A stretch of 64,000 nt of DNA from an uncultured Candidatus Saccharibacteria bacterium. GTDB taxonomy: Bacteria; Patescibacteriota; Saccharimonadia; Saccharimonadales; Saccharimonadaceae. Both the position numbers and the translations under genes were made by a program. The notes beneath the pieces were generated by a model. The model had not been told where the DNA came from. It worked only from the letters and a program-made list of their open reading frames with translations, and did not search any database. The DNA lies in the NCBI GenBank assembly GCA_938040655.1, contig CALHZK010000011.1:2336-66335 (forward strand). The letters are read 5' to 3'. Positions within the stretch are counted from its first letter, which is position 1, and each line of letters begins with the position of its first letter. Of the stretch, positions 12,251 to 20,731 are shown piece after piece.

Positions 12251-13049
12251 GGTCGACATATTTATTCCTTATTGGGGCGACTTCTGTTTATTGCAAGAAA
12301 CGGTTCGCTCAGTATTCAACCAAACTAGCGATGCCTGGCACCTGACTATTCTAGACGATCATTACCCCTCGGAAGAGGCCTACCACTATTACCGTGCACA
12401 CCCAGATCAGCGCCTGACGTACATTCGCCATGCCAAAAATATTGGAATTACTCACAATTTTAATACCGCACTGCAGCGCGCTACAGCTGAGTATTGTATG
12501 ATTGTTGGTTGTGATGACCGGCTACTCCCTCACTATGTCGAGACGGCCCTGGCTCATATTGGCCAGGCAGATTTTTATCAACCAGGTGTCCAGGTGATTG
12601 ATGCGGATGGCCACAGCTATCTCCCCCTGGCTGATCGGGTCAAGCGCTGGCTACAGCCCAAAAAGTCTGGTCTGTACCACGGCGAGCGGCTGGCGGCATC
12701 TTTGTGCCACGGCAATTGGCTTTATTTCCCTTCTATACTCTGGCGAACCAGTACGCTTCAGCGATATTCTTTCGATGCTTCGTACACTATTTTGGAAGAT
12801 GTCGTCCTCGAGTTGGCAATGATCGCTGACGGAGCAACTCTGTATTTCGATACAGCCGAGACGTTTCAATATCGCCGCTTTGCCGAATCTCTCTCCAGTA
12901 AAGAAAAAGGGAAGCACGGCGTACGGTTTGCCGAAGAGCGACAGGTATACCGCCACGCGGCGAGTGTATTCCAGGCGCACGGCTGGAGGCGAGCCGCTCG
13001 AGCCGCTCGCCTTCGCCTGACTTCACGCATTCATCAAACTATCAGTTAA
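12240..13049 (+). CDS. glycosyltransferase family 2
   Basis: DIFIPYWG...LDDHY...GCDD GT-A-like motifs. Confidence 0.7.
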   Translation: MSARVDIFIPYWGDFCLLQETVRSVFNQTSDAWHLTILDDHYPSEEAYHYYRAHPDQRLTYIRHAKNIGITHNFNTALQRATAEYCMIVGCDDRLLPHYVETALAHIGQADFYQPGVQVIDADGHSYLPLADRVKRWLQPKKSGLYHGERLAASLCHGNWLYFPSILWRTSTLQRYSFDASYTILEDVVLELAMIADGATLYFDTAETFQYRRFAESLSSKEKGKHGVRFAEERQVYRHAASVFQAHGWRRAARAARLRLTSRIHQTIS

Positions 13050-13097
13050 TATTAAGATGCACGCACCCAACAGGTCACTCAACTCGTGTACCGAGAT

Positions 13098-14132
13098 TTA
13101 GCTTTCTGTCTCGGCTGACTGGTCTTCTTGGGTATCTGGAGAGGTGACCTTGCCAAATTTACGATTCACCGCCACCGCGTAGAGCCGTAGCAATATTGTT
13201 TGCGGCAGTACATTGTACAAAAATCGACTAACCGTTCGCTTGGCTCGTGGCAGCTCAGCATCTTTCCATGGTGTCAATGCCAGATATTTTTGCCACAGTA
13301 AACGGTTCGGGTGGCGATTCCCAACCTCCCAGGGCTTGCCTTGCAAACCGTATAGCGAATGAATAACCTTCGGGCTGTAGTAATCCGTCATGATGTCATC
13401 GCGGCTATAAAAATATGGCGGCTTCAGATTATTGATATGCAAAAACTTTTTCAAATTATAGGCATAGTACGCACTCGAGAAATTATACGTCACCGGTAGC
13501 AGCGTGATCTTACCCTTGAATAATACATTGCAGAGATCTTGATCAGCGATCAAATAATCGCTCTTCTCTGATAGATGCTGTAGTATTTGGCCGGTGACAT
13601 CATCTTTGAGCCATTTTTTGTGATTGATCAGCATAATGCCACAATTATAGTAGCCGTCGGTCGGCTCCAAGCCAATAGTCGCCTTGTGCTTGTTGGTCAG
13701 CGCATCATAGCTCAGCGCCATCAGGTTACGCTCAAAATCAAGCTCAAGTAAACCGTCGAGTGTGCCGGTCACGATCGTGTGCGGATTAAGATACAACACT
13801 CGGTCAGTCTTGGCTGGTATATCGGCCAATGCCAGTAGCTTCAACCAGGTCACGTAGACACCATGCCACGGCTTGACACCAAGAGCTTGGAGCTTTTTGT
13901 GATAATTATTGGGATTAATAAAGGTCAGCGAGGCATTCGGATAACTTGCGACCAGCTTCTTTAGGCGATCCTTGCTGGTCTTACTTAGCTTGTAGCCACA
14001 GTAAAAAATAGCAACTTCCTGCAGTGTTTTGTTGTTTTCCAGAAGCGAGGCGATCGAAGTAGCGCTCACCGCCGCATAATTATCATCACTCTGATACAAC
14101 ACTGTTAAAAGTTTCTTTTTCACTCTGGGCAT
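13098..14132 (-). CDS. glycosyltransferase family 8-like (non-canonical DxD position)
   Basis: GT8 landmarks are present: SDDNYA, YNCGIMLINHKKW, ADQDLCN, and H...GKPW. Where LYLDxD is expected, the sequence reads LYLNPH. Confidence 0.7.
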   Translation of the reverse strand: MPRVKKKLLTVLYQSDDNYAAVSATSIASLLENNKTLQEVAIFYCGYKLSKTSKDRLKKLVASYPNASLTFINPNNYHKKLQALGVKPWHGVYVTWLKLLALADIPAKTDRVLYLNPHTIVTGTLDGLLELDFERNLMALSYDALTNKHKATIGLEPTDGYYNCGIMLINHKKWLKDDVTGQILQHLSEKSDYLIADQDLCNVLFKGKITLLPVTYNFSSAYYAYNLKKFLHINNLKPPYFYSRDDIMTDYYSPKVIHSLYGLQGKPWEVGNRHPNRLLWQKYLALTPWKDAELPRAKRTVSRFLYNVLPQTILLRLYAVAVNRKFGKVTSPDTQEDQSAETES

Positions 14133-14145
14133 AAATGCCTACTCC

Positions 14146-15003
14146 TTACTCCACCGCTGCTATGTTTTTTACGTAATTTTCCAGTAATGGCTGGTAGCTC
14201 TCACTGACGAATCCAGTCTTCTGCAATTTCGACAAATCCATATCACTATGCATCGGCCGGGGTGCAAACGGAATCTTGTCCTTACTATACTCTTCTGTTG
14301 AAATTCTTACAACCCTTGTGCGGTCATGCCCGGCGTATTCAAATACATCTTCGGCGAGTTCTGCCCACGACTTGATGGGCCCAGAGTTCGAAACATGGTA
14401 CAACCCATACTCTGCTCGGCAGTCAAGTAAATGCTTCGTGGCTCGAGCAATTTCTGACGCAAAGGTTGGCCGACCAAATTGATCGTCAACTACCTTTGGG
14501 CTGATCCGCATGTCTGCCAGCCGTTTCATGGTGCGTGGAAAATTATGACCATCACCAACCACCCAAGAGACCCGCAAAATATAGTACTGCGGCAGCACGC
14601 TGACCAATAAATCACCGGCAGCTTTGACATCGCCATAAACAGACAGCGGCGAGAGCGACTCCTCTTCGGTGTGATTTTGCTGTAGGCCATCAAACACATA
14701 ATCGGAAGAATAATGCACTAGTGTGAAGCCATGCCGCAAACTGGCACGGACAAGATTGCGCGGGCCTACTGCATTGACCTGCCAGGCTTTGACGCGCCCT
14801 TCGGTAGTTTCAGAGCCATCAGCATTGACGAAGGCCGCCGCATTGATCACCGCACCGACACCGGACCAGTCATAATTCTCTACCTGCGCCTGATCAGCGA
14901 TGTCAAGTTGCTGCCGATTTAAGGCGATGGCTTTCGGATAAACCTTTTGTAATGCCCGACCAACCTGACCATCACACCCTAAAATAACAACCGCCTTACC
15001 CAT
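14146..15003 (-). CDS. second RmlD-family dTDP-4-keto-6-deoxyhexose reductase paralog
   Basis: Aligns by eye along its full length with rmlD at 9330-10181 (for example RVKAWQVNA, LVH.SSDYVFDG, SPL.VYG..KAAGDLLV), with roughly half the positions identical. Confidence 0.85.
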   Translation of the reverse strand: MGKAVVILGCDGQVGRALQKVYPKAIALNRQQLDIADQAQVENYDWSGVGAVINAAAFVNADGSETTEGRVKAWQVNAVGPRNLVRASLRHGFTLVHYSSDYVFDGLQQNHTEEESLSPLSVYGDVKAAGDLLVSVLPQYYILRVSWVVGDGHNFPRTMKRLADMRISPKVVDDQFGRPTFASEIARATKHLLDCRAEYGLYHVSNSGPIKSWAELAEDVFEYAGHDRTRVVRISTEEYSKDKIPFAPRPMHSDMDLSKLQKTGFVSESYQPLLENYVKNIAAVE

Positions 15004-15072
15004 GACGCTACACCCCCGCTTACTTATTATGGTTACGCTTTTAGTATACCATAATTACCATAAGCTATTTAG

Positions 15073-16302
15073 CTAAGAATTCTTTAGCGCTGCTCGATAT
15101 ATCAGATACAATGTCAGTGCCTGCACTGCTCCCACCACCATAAAACACATCACACTGCCAAACATGCCATACTGCCGCACGACATAGGCGGACACGACCG
15201 CCAGTGCAACATTGCTGACAAATAAAGTAATGAACTGGCCACGAAACCGACGAAGCACTGTCAAGATATTGATATAAATTGACACGACCGCACTCGCCAC
15301 TGCCCCCACCACCATGATGAGTAGTTCTGTGCGGTAGTGAAGTATCTGATTATTAAACAGCAATGCCAGCAGTGGCGCCCCCACTAGCCAGGTAGCCAGC
15401 AAAGTGACCATACTGACTATCAGAACAACCAAAATAATCATATTGACTAAATTATGAAAGGCAGTGAATTGCCGTTTATGATACAGCCGCGATAGCTGGA
15501 CGATATTTGGCTGAATAATAAAACTGATAAATAGTGAGAGTAGGGTGATCGGCATGGCCATAATACCAAACAGCGCCAGCTCTTGGCTAAATTGGTATCG
15601 GTCCAAAAAATAGCGCGGAATATTCAGCGAAAACATCGTCAAAAACATCGTCAAAAATACTGGGGTACAGCGCTGCATAATGCAGGCGATCTGCCGTAAT
15701 TTTTTGACAACAAAGCCGGAGCGGAGACAGAGGCGAATCGGCTCATAGCGCCGCGCCCGCGGCCAGTCGTAGAGCATCACCACCAGGCCATTGATACTGG
15801 TGACCGCCAACACACCGAGCAAAATATTATGTGTCAAAAGGTCAACCACCACAAAGCCGATAAACCCAGCCAAAGCCTTGATGGTCAGCGAGTAGCCGAC
15901 AAGGTAGAGTTTGTCGTGGAGCTGTAGTACACCATACAGTGCATCAGCAATCGCCTCAAATGCTTTAAACAGCACCAGTGTCATGATTAGGCTCGTTTTG
16001 AACACATCATAGCCATTGACCAGGCAAAACAAAGTCGCCCCCACCAGCATGATCAGCGAAGTCGCTAGCTTGACTGCGATATAGCTACTGTGGCTAAACT
16101 CATGGCGCACGTCAGATACCTGGTAAGTCCTGCCGCCCCATAAGCCAATCGCCCAAAACACCACCGATAATGACAAAGCAAATGAAAAAATACCTGAGTC
16201 GGTCAGGCCGTGGAGCCGGGTGATCACCAATAGTAGCGCTGGCGATATCGCACTCTGCAGAAAGGAGCCGATCGAGTTCCAGAGATAGTTTTTTGGCTGC
16301 AT
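15073..16302 (-). CDS. wzx: Wzx-type polysaccharide flippase (MOP superfamily)
   Basis: 409 aa with about 12 TM segments and the typical Wzx-like hydrophobic profile, located inside a glycan locus. Confidence 0.7.
   Translation of the reverse strand: MQPKNYLWNSIGSFLQSAISPALLLVITRLHGLTDSGIFSFALSLSVVFWAIGLWGGRTYQVSDVRHEFSHSSYIAVKLATSLIMLVGATLFCLVNGYDVFKTSLIMTLVLFKAFEAIADALYGVLQLHDKLYLVGYSLTIKALAGFIGFVVVDLLTHNILLGVLAVTSINGLVVMLYDWPRARRYEPIRLCLRSGFVVKKLRQIACIMQRCTPVFLTMFLTMFSLNIPRYFLDRYQFSQELALFGIMAMPITLLSLFISFIIQPNIVQLSRLYHKRQFTAFHNLVNMIILVVLIVSMVTLLATWLVGAPLLALLFNNQILHYRTELLIMVVGAVASAVVSIYINILTVLRRFRGQFITLFVSNVALAVVSAYVVRQYGMFGSVMCFMVVGAVQALTLYLIYRAALKNS
15630..15653 (-). repeat. perfect 2 x 12-nt tandem duplication inside wzx
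   Basis: aaaacatcgtca occurs twice back to back (15630-15641 and 15642-15653), encoding FLTM-FLTM in the Wzx protein. Confidence 0.9.
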
Positions 16303-16365
16303 GACTCCTCTTAGTATATCAGGTATTTGCCCTGTTGTTATTTGTGCTATATAATCAATCGTATT

Positions 16366-17775
16366 ATGAAGAAATATTGGTCTCGCGTTGTTTCTTTGGT
16401 CGAAAAGCCAGAGAACCTTTTCCTTGCATTATCACTAGTTTTCGGGGTGATATCTGCGGTGCTAGTGCCGCAATTATCAGTCAGCGATGAGAATATGCAC
16501 TATCTCCGATCCTACAGTCTGGCGGAGGGGCGGCTTGAATCAAAACGCTGTACCTACCCCAAGGTTGTCGACAAGCGAGCCGGCTCTGTCTACAAAGGTA
16601 ATATCAGTGCTGACTATTCACAGCAGATCGACCGGCACGACACCAAGACTGGTAAGTGTAGTAGCGCCACCGGTTACGCACCGATCATGCACGCACCGCA
16701 AACCCTGGGCATCTTCATCGCCAACCTGTTTCATCCGTCTACCGGCCTGACTATTCTATTCGGTCGCTTGGCAAATTTGCTATTTTATAGTATAAGTGTC
16801 TTCTTCATCATCCGCTGGGTTCGTGTCGGCAAGTGGGTGTTCACTGTGGTTGGTTTATTACCTCTGATGATCCACCTGGCAGCCTCACTTTCAAGCGACG
16901 CCATGACCAATGTGGCAGTCTTCCTTATCAGTGCGTTCACGCTCAATTTGTTCAGCCAAACGAGCCGGCTACGGCGCAATCAAGCAGTGGCGCTATTGGC
17001 AATTGCTGGCTTTTTGGCGCTCACTAAATCGGTTAATGGATTATTGCTCTTCCCGCTGTTGTTTTTGCCAGCTCGCTTATTTACGCCAAACAAGCGGCTC
17101 AAAAAGGTGCCGCAGATGCTACAAAAATTACCATGCAATATTCAAAAATGGTCACTTTTGGTCGGTGCCGGGTTGGTGGCGATCGCAGCACTGTTTATCT
17201 GGCAAAAAATTTATGGTGCCTCATTATTAACCTCAGGCGCACCGGATAACCCACTACACCACAATCCTCTTGATTTCTTCCGTATCTTGTTTAACACCTA
17301 TATTAATCCAAACATTGGCTATGTCGACGTGATTATTCGTGGTGGTATCGGTGAGTTTTCGAGCTTCAAGTACCACCTGCCGCTGTTTGTCTTGGTGCCA
17401 TGCTTTGTGATCGTGCTGATTGCCCTCCTCAAGCGAGACCCCGCCGAGGAGAAAGCCCTTGCACCACACACTCGCCGGCTAGCCATCGCTAATATCACGA
17501 CGATTCTGCTATTTATCGCCGCTGTCTCGTATGTCATGTACACCGCCTGGGCGCTGCTGCCACAACGTTTTGGTACCGGTGCCTATTATGCAGACGGTGT
17601 GCAGGGTCGCTATTTTACGGCGCTCTTAGTCATGTTGGTCCCTGTCGGCATATGGCTTCGAACCTATTGTCGAATCGACACACCATCAGCCAAGACGTTT
17701 AGCTTGTTGATCTTCTTCAGTATGCTCTACATTCTTGGGTATTACACTTTTGGTACGTATTGGGCTTTTCATTAG
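16366..17775 (+). CDS. GT-C-like polytopic membrane protein (DUF2142/GacL-like)
   Basis: About 470 aa with many TM segments and an N-terminal external loop. The start is taken at ATG 16366 (MKKYW). Confidence 0.6.
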   Translation: MKKYWSRVVSLVEKPENLFLALSLVFGVISAVLVPQLSVSDENMHYLRSYSLAEGRLESKRCTYPKVVDKRAGSVYKGNISADYSQQIDRHDTKTGKCSSATGYAPIMHAPQTLGIFIANLFHPSTGLTILFGRLANLLFYSISVFFIIRWVRVGKWVFTVVGLLPLMIHLAASLSSDAMTNVAVFLISAFTLNLFSQTSRLRRNQAVALLAIAGFLALTKSVNGLLLFPLLFLPARLFTPNKRLKKVPQMLQKLPCNIQKWSLLVGAGLVAIAALFIWQKIYGASLLTSGAPDNPLHHNPLDFFRILFNTYINPNIGYVDVIIRGGIGEFSSFKYHLPLFVLVPCFVIVLIALLKRDPAEEKALAPHTRRLAIANITTILLFIAAVSYVMYTAWALLPQRFGTGAYYADGVQGRYFTALLVMLVPVGIWLRTYCRIDTPSAKTFSLLIFFSMLYILGYYTFGTYWAFH

Positions 17776-17797
17776 ATAATTGCTTTACAGCGTATAC

Positions 17798-17838
17798 TGC
17801 TTATGCTATAGTGACTCAGACTATTATTAGCATAAGCA
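17798..17838. promoter_or_regulatory. perfect 11-bp inverted repeat ending 4 nt before the start codon of ORF 17843
   Basis: tgcttatgcta (17798-17808) and tagcataagca (17828-17838) with a 19-nt spacer. The left arm overlaps a TGcTATAGT extended -10-like element (17804-17812). Confidence 0.6.
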
Positions 17839-17842
17839 TTAT

Positions 17843-18403
17843 ATGAAATTCTCATTACCTACACCAACTCGACGGGCAGTTATCATCGCATGCCTAGGCG
17901 TCGCCGTTATTGCTGGCAGCCTGTATGTCTATTCATTATTATCTCGGCCATCACTTCCTCAGCTCAAAGATGAGGCTACTCCGGCCCAAAAACAGACTGA
18001 GCAAAAAACCAATGCCACCACCAAGCAGGATTTTTTGGATAGCCAGACCAACCAGGCGGCAAAATCCTCCCCGCAGTCAGCCCAGCAGGCAAAGCCAGCA
18101 CCGGTGCCTACCACTGCCACACACATCAGTATGTCGATCGAGCAAACTGACCAGACAGTCACTGCGCTCATCAAATTAAAAGAACAGGGGTTCTCCAGCG
18201 GCAGCTGCCAGCTAACTGTCAGTAGTGGTTCACACCAAGTCACCCAACAAGCAGCGATCATCTACCAGCCAGAGTATTCGACTTGTGCTGGGTTTTCGCT
18301 GCCACGTACTGCTTTGCCAAAGGGAGTGTGGCGCTTTACCCTCTCAGTCACACCACTGAATGGTGCACCCCTGACAAAAACGATCGATAAGGAGGTAAAA
18401 TAA
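17843..18403 (+). CDS. membrane-anchored hypothetical protein with Gln/Thr/Pro-rich linker
   Basis: N-terminal TM segment, a low-complexity linker and a roughly 90-aa C-terminal domain with two Cys. Its stop abuts the ATG of the ChW-repeat gene. Confidence 0.55.
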   Translation: MKFSLPTPTRRAVIIACLGVAVIAGSLYVYSLLSRPSLPQLKDEATPAQKQTEQKTNATTKQDFLDSQTNQAAKSSPQSAQQAKPAPVPTTATHISMSIEQTDQTVTALIKLKEQGFSSGSCQLTVSSGSHQVTQQAAIIYQPEYSTCAGFSLPRTALPKGVWRFTLSVTPLNGAPLTKTIDKEVK

Positions 18404-20674
18404 ATGAAATCTATGCGGCTATGGCTCATCGGTTTACTGTGCTTTGGCAGTATGGCGGGAGCAGTTTTCGCTATAGCGAACCGGCCGGCTGCTGCAGTGA
18501 CAGCTCGTGACTGGCGAGCTGGCAATATCGTCGATGATTTACTATTCACCGACGCAAATGATATGTCCGTCGCCGATATCCAAGCGTTTTTGAATAGTCT
18601 CAACCCCTCCTGCGACACCTATGGCACTCAGCCAGCGACCGAACGCGGCCGACCGTCGATGACACATGCACAATATGCTGCCTCGCGCGGCTGGCATGGC
18701 CCACCATACATTTGCCTGAAAGATTATCACGAAGTGCCGAAGTACTCGCCGGGCAATTTCATCCCCGCAAATAATTACAGCGGGTCAATTCCACCAGGAG
18801 CAGTCAGTGCTGCCCAGATTATCTACGATGCGGCCCGCCGGAATAATATCAACCCAAAGGTGATCCTTGTCAAAATTGCCACCGAATCGGCTGGGCCACT
18901 CACAACCGACAATTGGCCATTACAGTCGCAATACACCTATGCGATGGGGTCTCACTGCCCTGATAGCGGCCCTGGCGGCAGCGCAAATTGTGACCGTAAT
19001 TATGCTGGGTTTTCTATGCAAGTAGAGTCTGGTGCTCAGTTGATGCGCTGGTATCTCGACAATATGAATCAGCCATGGTGGTCGTACAAAAAGCCATTCG
19101 CTGTCAATAGTATTTTGTGGAACGTAGTCCAGCGCGGTTGCGGTGCCGGCGATGTCTATATCGAGACTAAGGCCACCGCCGCCCTCTACACCTATACACC
19201 ATATCAGCCAAATCAAGCCGCACTCAATAATATGTACGGTCTGGGCGATCATTGTAGCGCCTATGGTAATCGCAACTTTTGGCGAGTATGGAATGACTGG
19301 TTTGGCTCAACTCAATATAGTCAAACTCTGGTCGGTATTCGCTCACACATCGGCTATTACGGCTGGACCGGCACAACTCGTAATAGAGGTATCACTGGGT
19401 TTACCGGCCAAAGCAAGTCGATGCAGGCCTTTGTCGTCGATGGCGAAGTCGAATACGCTTCATACAGCAAAGAGCGTGGGTGGCAGCCAACAGTTATCGG
19501 CGGCATGCAGTCTGGTACGACCGATCTCAATCGACCTATTCAAGCGATCACCCTCAAGCCAACCGGTAGTCTCGCTGCTCAGTATGATCTATACTACCGC
19601 GCACATGTCAGCTATGTCGGCTGGATGGGTTGGGCGAAGAATGGACAGCCAGCGGGGGTAACCGGCAAGAATGAAAATAATATAGAAGCAATCGAAATAC
19701 GCCTTGTCCGCAAAGGGTCAGCCATGCCAGATGATGGGAACGCTGCCTATCGAGACGTCGCAACGATCAAAGACCCTTCTCCGCTCGCACTATCGATTCA
19801 TTCACACGTTGGCATGGTTGGCTGGGTGCCAGAAGTGACTGACGAAATGGTCAGCGGTATCACTGGCCATAGCCGGCGTATCGAGGCGTTTCGAGCCAAG
19901 CTCCACAACAAAACTGGCCTGGCCGGTACGCTTCGCTACTCAAGCCACGTCTCATACGCCGGATGGCAGGAGTGGAAATCTGAAAACGACCTTGCTGGGA
20001 CGACCGGTCAGTTCCGCGCAGTCGAGGCGGTCCGCTTCAACCTCACCGGACAATTGGCGAATCATTACGATATTTGGTATCGTGGCTATTCGCAGTATGT
20101 CGGCTGGATGGGTTGGGCGAAGAATGGACAGCCAGCGGGTTCTACTGGTGCAGGCCGGCAGCTAGAGGGTATTCAAGTCCGCCTCGTACCAAAAAACTCT
20201 CTCACTTTACCTGGCGGGGCCTTCTATAATCCAGCCAATGTACCGGTTCCTGATGATTATTCGCTGTCATACGCGGCCCATGTATCATATGTTGGCTGGC
20301 AGCCAGTAGTCAGTCAAGGTGTCATGGCTGGGACAACCGGCCGGTCACGGGCGGTTGAGGCACTACGCCTGGCGGGTATCTCGACACCGTATGGCCCAGC
20401 AACCATCAATTGTGCCGCGCAATCTGATCATACTGCCTTTACTCCAGACACCGCCCTCTCACCAGATGCAATCTGTGGCACAACCGGCCAAAAGAAATCT
20501 CTCACCGCCATCAAGCTGACGCTTGACGCCGAAACTGCGAAGTATTACGACATCGTATATCGAGTTCATCTCTCCTGGGTGGGCTGGCAAGAATGGAAAA
20601 AGAACGGTGAGATCGCCGGTAATCGACCAGCGTCTCATATCGAGGCAATTACCATCAAACTCGTCAAAAAGTAG
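18404..20674 (+). CDS. secreted protein: putative glycoside-hydrolase-like N-domain plus nine ChW-type (conserved-Trp) repeats
   Basis: It has a signal peptide. The N-domain contains AAQIIYDAARRNNINPKVILVKIATES, which is glucosaminidase/lysozyme-like. Then come 9 repeats of about 50 aa with the pattern Y..HVS.VGW..W..NG..AGTTG....EA..I.L, arranged as 3 x 3. Confidence 0.7.
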   Translation: MKSMRLWLIGLLCFGSMAGAVFAIANRPAAAVTARDWRAGNIVDDLLFTDANDMSVADIQAFLNSLNPSCDTYGTQPATERGRPSMTHAQYAASRGWHGPPYICLKDYHEVPKYSPGNFIPANNYSGSIPPGAVSAAQIIYDAARRNNINPKVILVKIATESAGPLTTDNWPLQSQYTYAMGSHCPDSGPGGSANCDRNYAGFSMQVESGAQLMRWYLDNMNQPWWSYKKPFAVNSILWNVVQRGCGAGDVYIETKATAALYTYTPYQPNQAALNNMYGLGDHCSAYGNRNFWRVWNDWFGSTQYSQTLVGIRSHIGYYGWTGTTRNRGITGFTGQSKSMQAFVVDGEVEYASYSKERGWQPTVIGGMQSGTTDLNRPIQAITLKPTGSLAAQYDLYYRAHVSYVGWMGWAKNGQPAGVTGKNENNIEAIEIRLVRKGSAMPDDGNAAYRDVATIKDPSPLALSIHSHVGMVGWVPEVTDEMVSGITGHSRRIEAFRAKLHNKTGLAGTLRYSSHVSYAGWQEWKSENDLAGTTGQFRAVEAVRFNLTGQLANHYDIWYRGYSQYVGWMGWAKNGQPAGSTGAGRQLEGIQVRLVPKNSLTLPGGAFYNPANVPVPDDYSLSYAAHVSYVGWQPVVSQGVMAGTTGRSRAVEALRLAGISTPYGPATINCAAQSDHTAFTPDTALSPDAICGTTGQKKSLTAIKLTLDAETAKYYDIVYRVHLSWVGWQEWKKNGEIAGNRPASHIEAITIKLVKK
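19613..19656 (+). repeat. 44-nt exact intragenic repeat, copy 1
   Basis: tatgtcggctggatgggttgggcgaagaatggacagccagcggg is identical to 20096-20139. Confidence 0.9.
20096..20139 (+). repeat. 44-nt exact intragenic repeat, copy 2
   Basis: Identical to 19613-19656. The offset is 483 nt, or 161 codons, which equals one triple-repeat unit. Confidence 0.9.
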
Positions 20675-20681
20675 GGACCGG

Positions 20682-20714
20682 TCCGCTGTGTCGATGCAAG
20701 CATGCCACAGCGGA
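20682..20714. terminator. hairpin between convergent genes (candidate bidirectional terminator)
   Basis: 9-bp stem tccgctgtg/cacagcgga with an internal atgc/gcat extension. It lies between stop 20674 (+) and stop 20732 (-). Confidence 0.5.
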
Positions 20715-20731
20715 GCCATACTCTTTACCGC

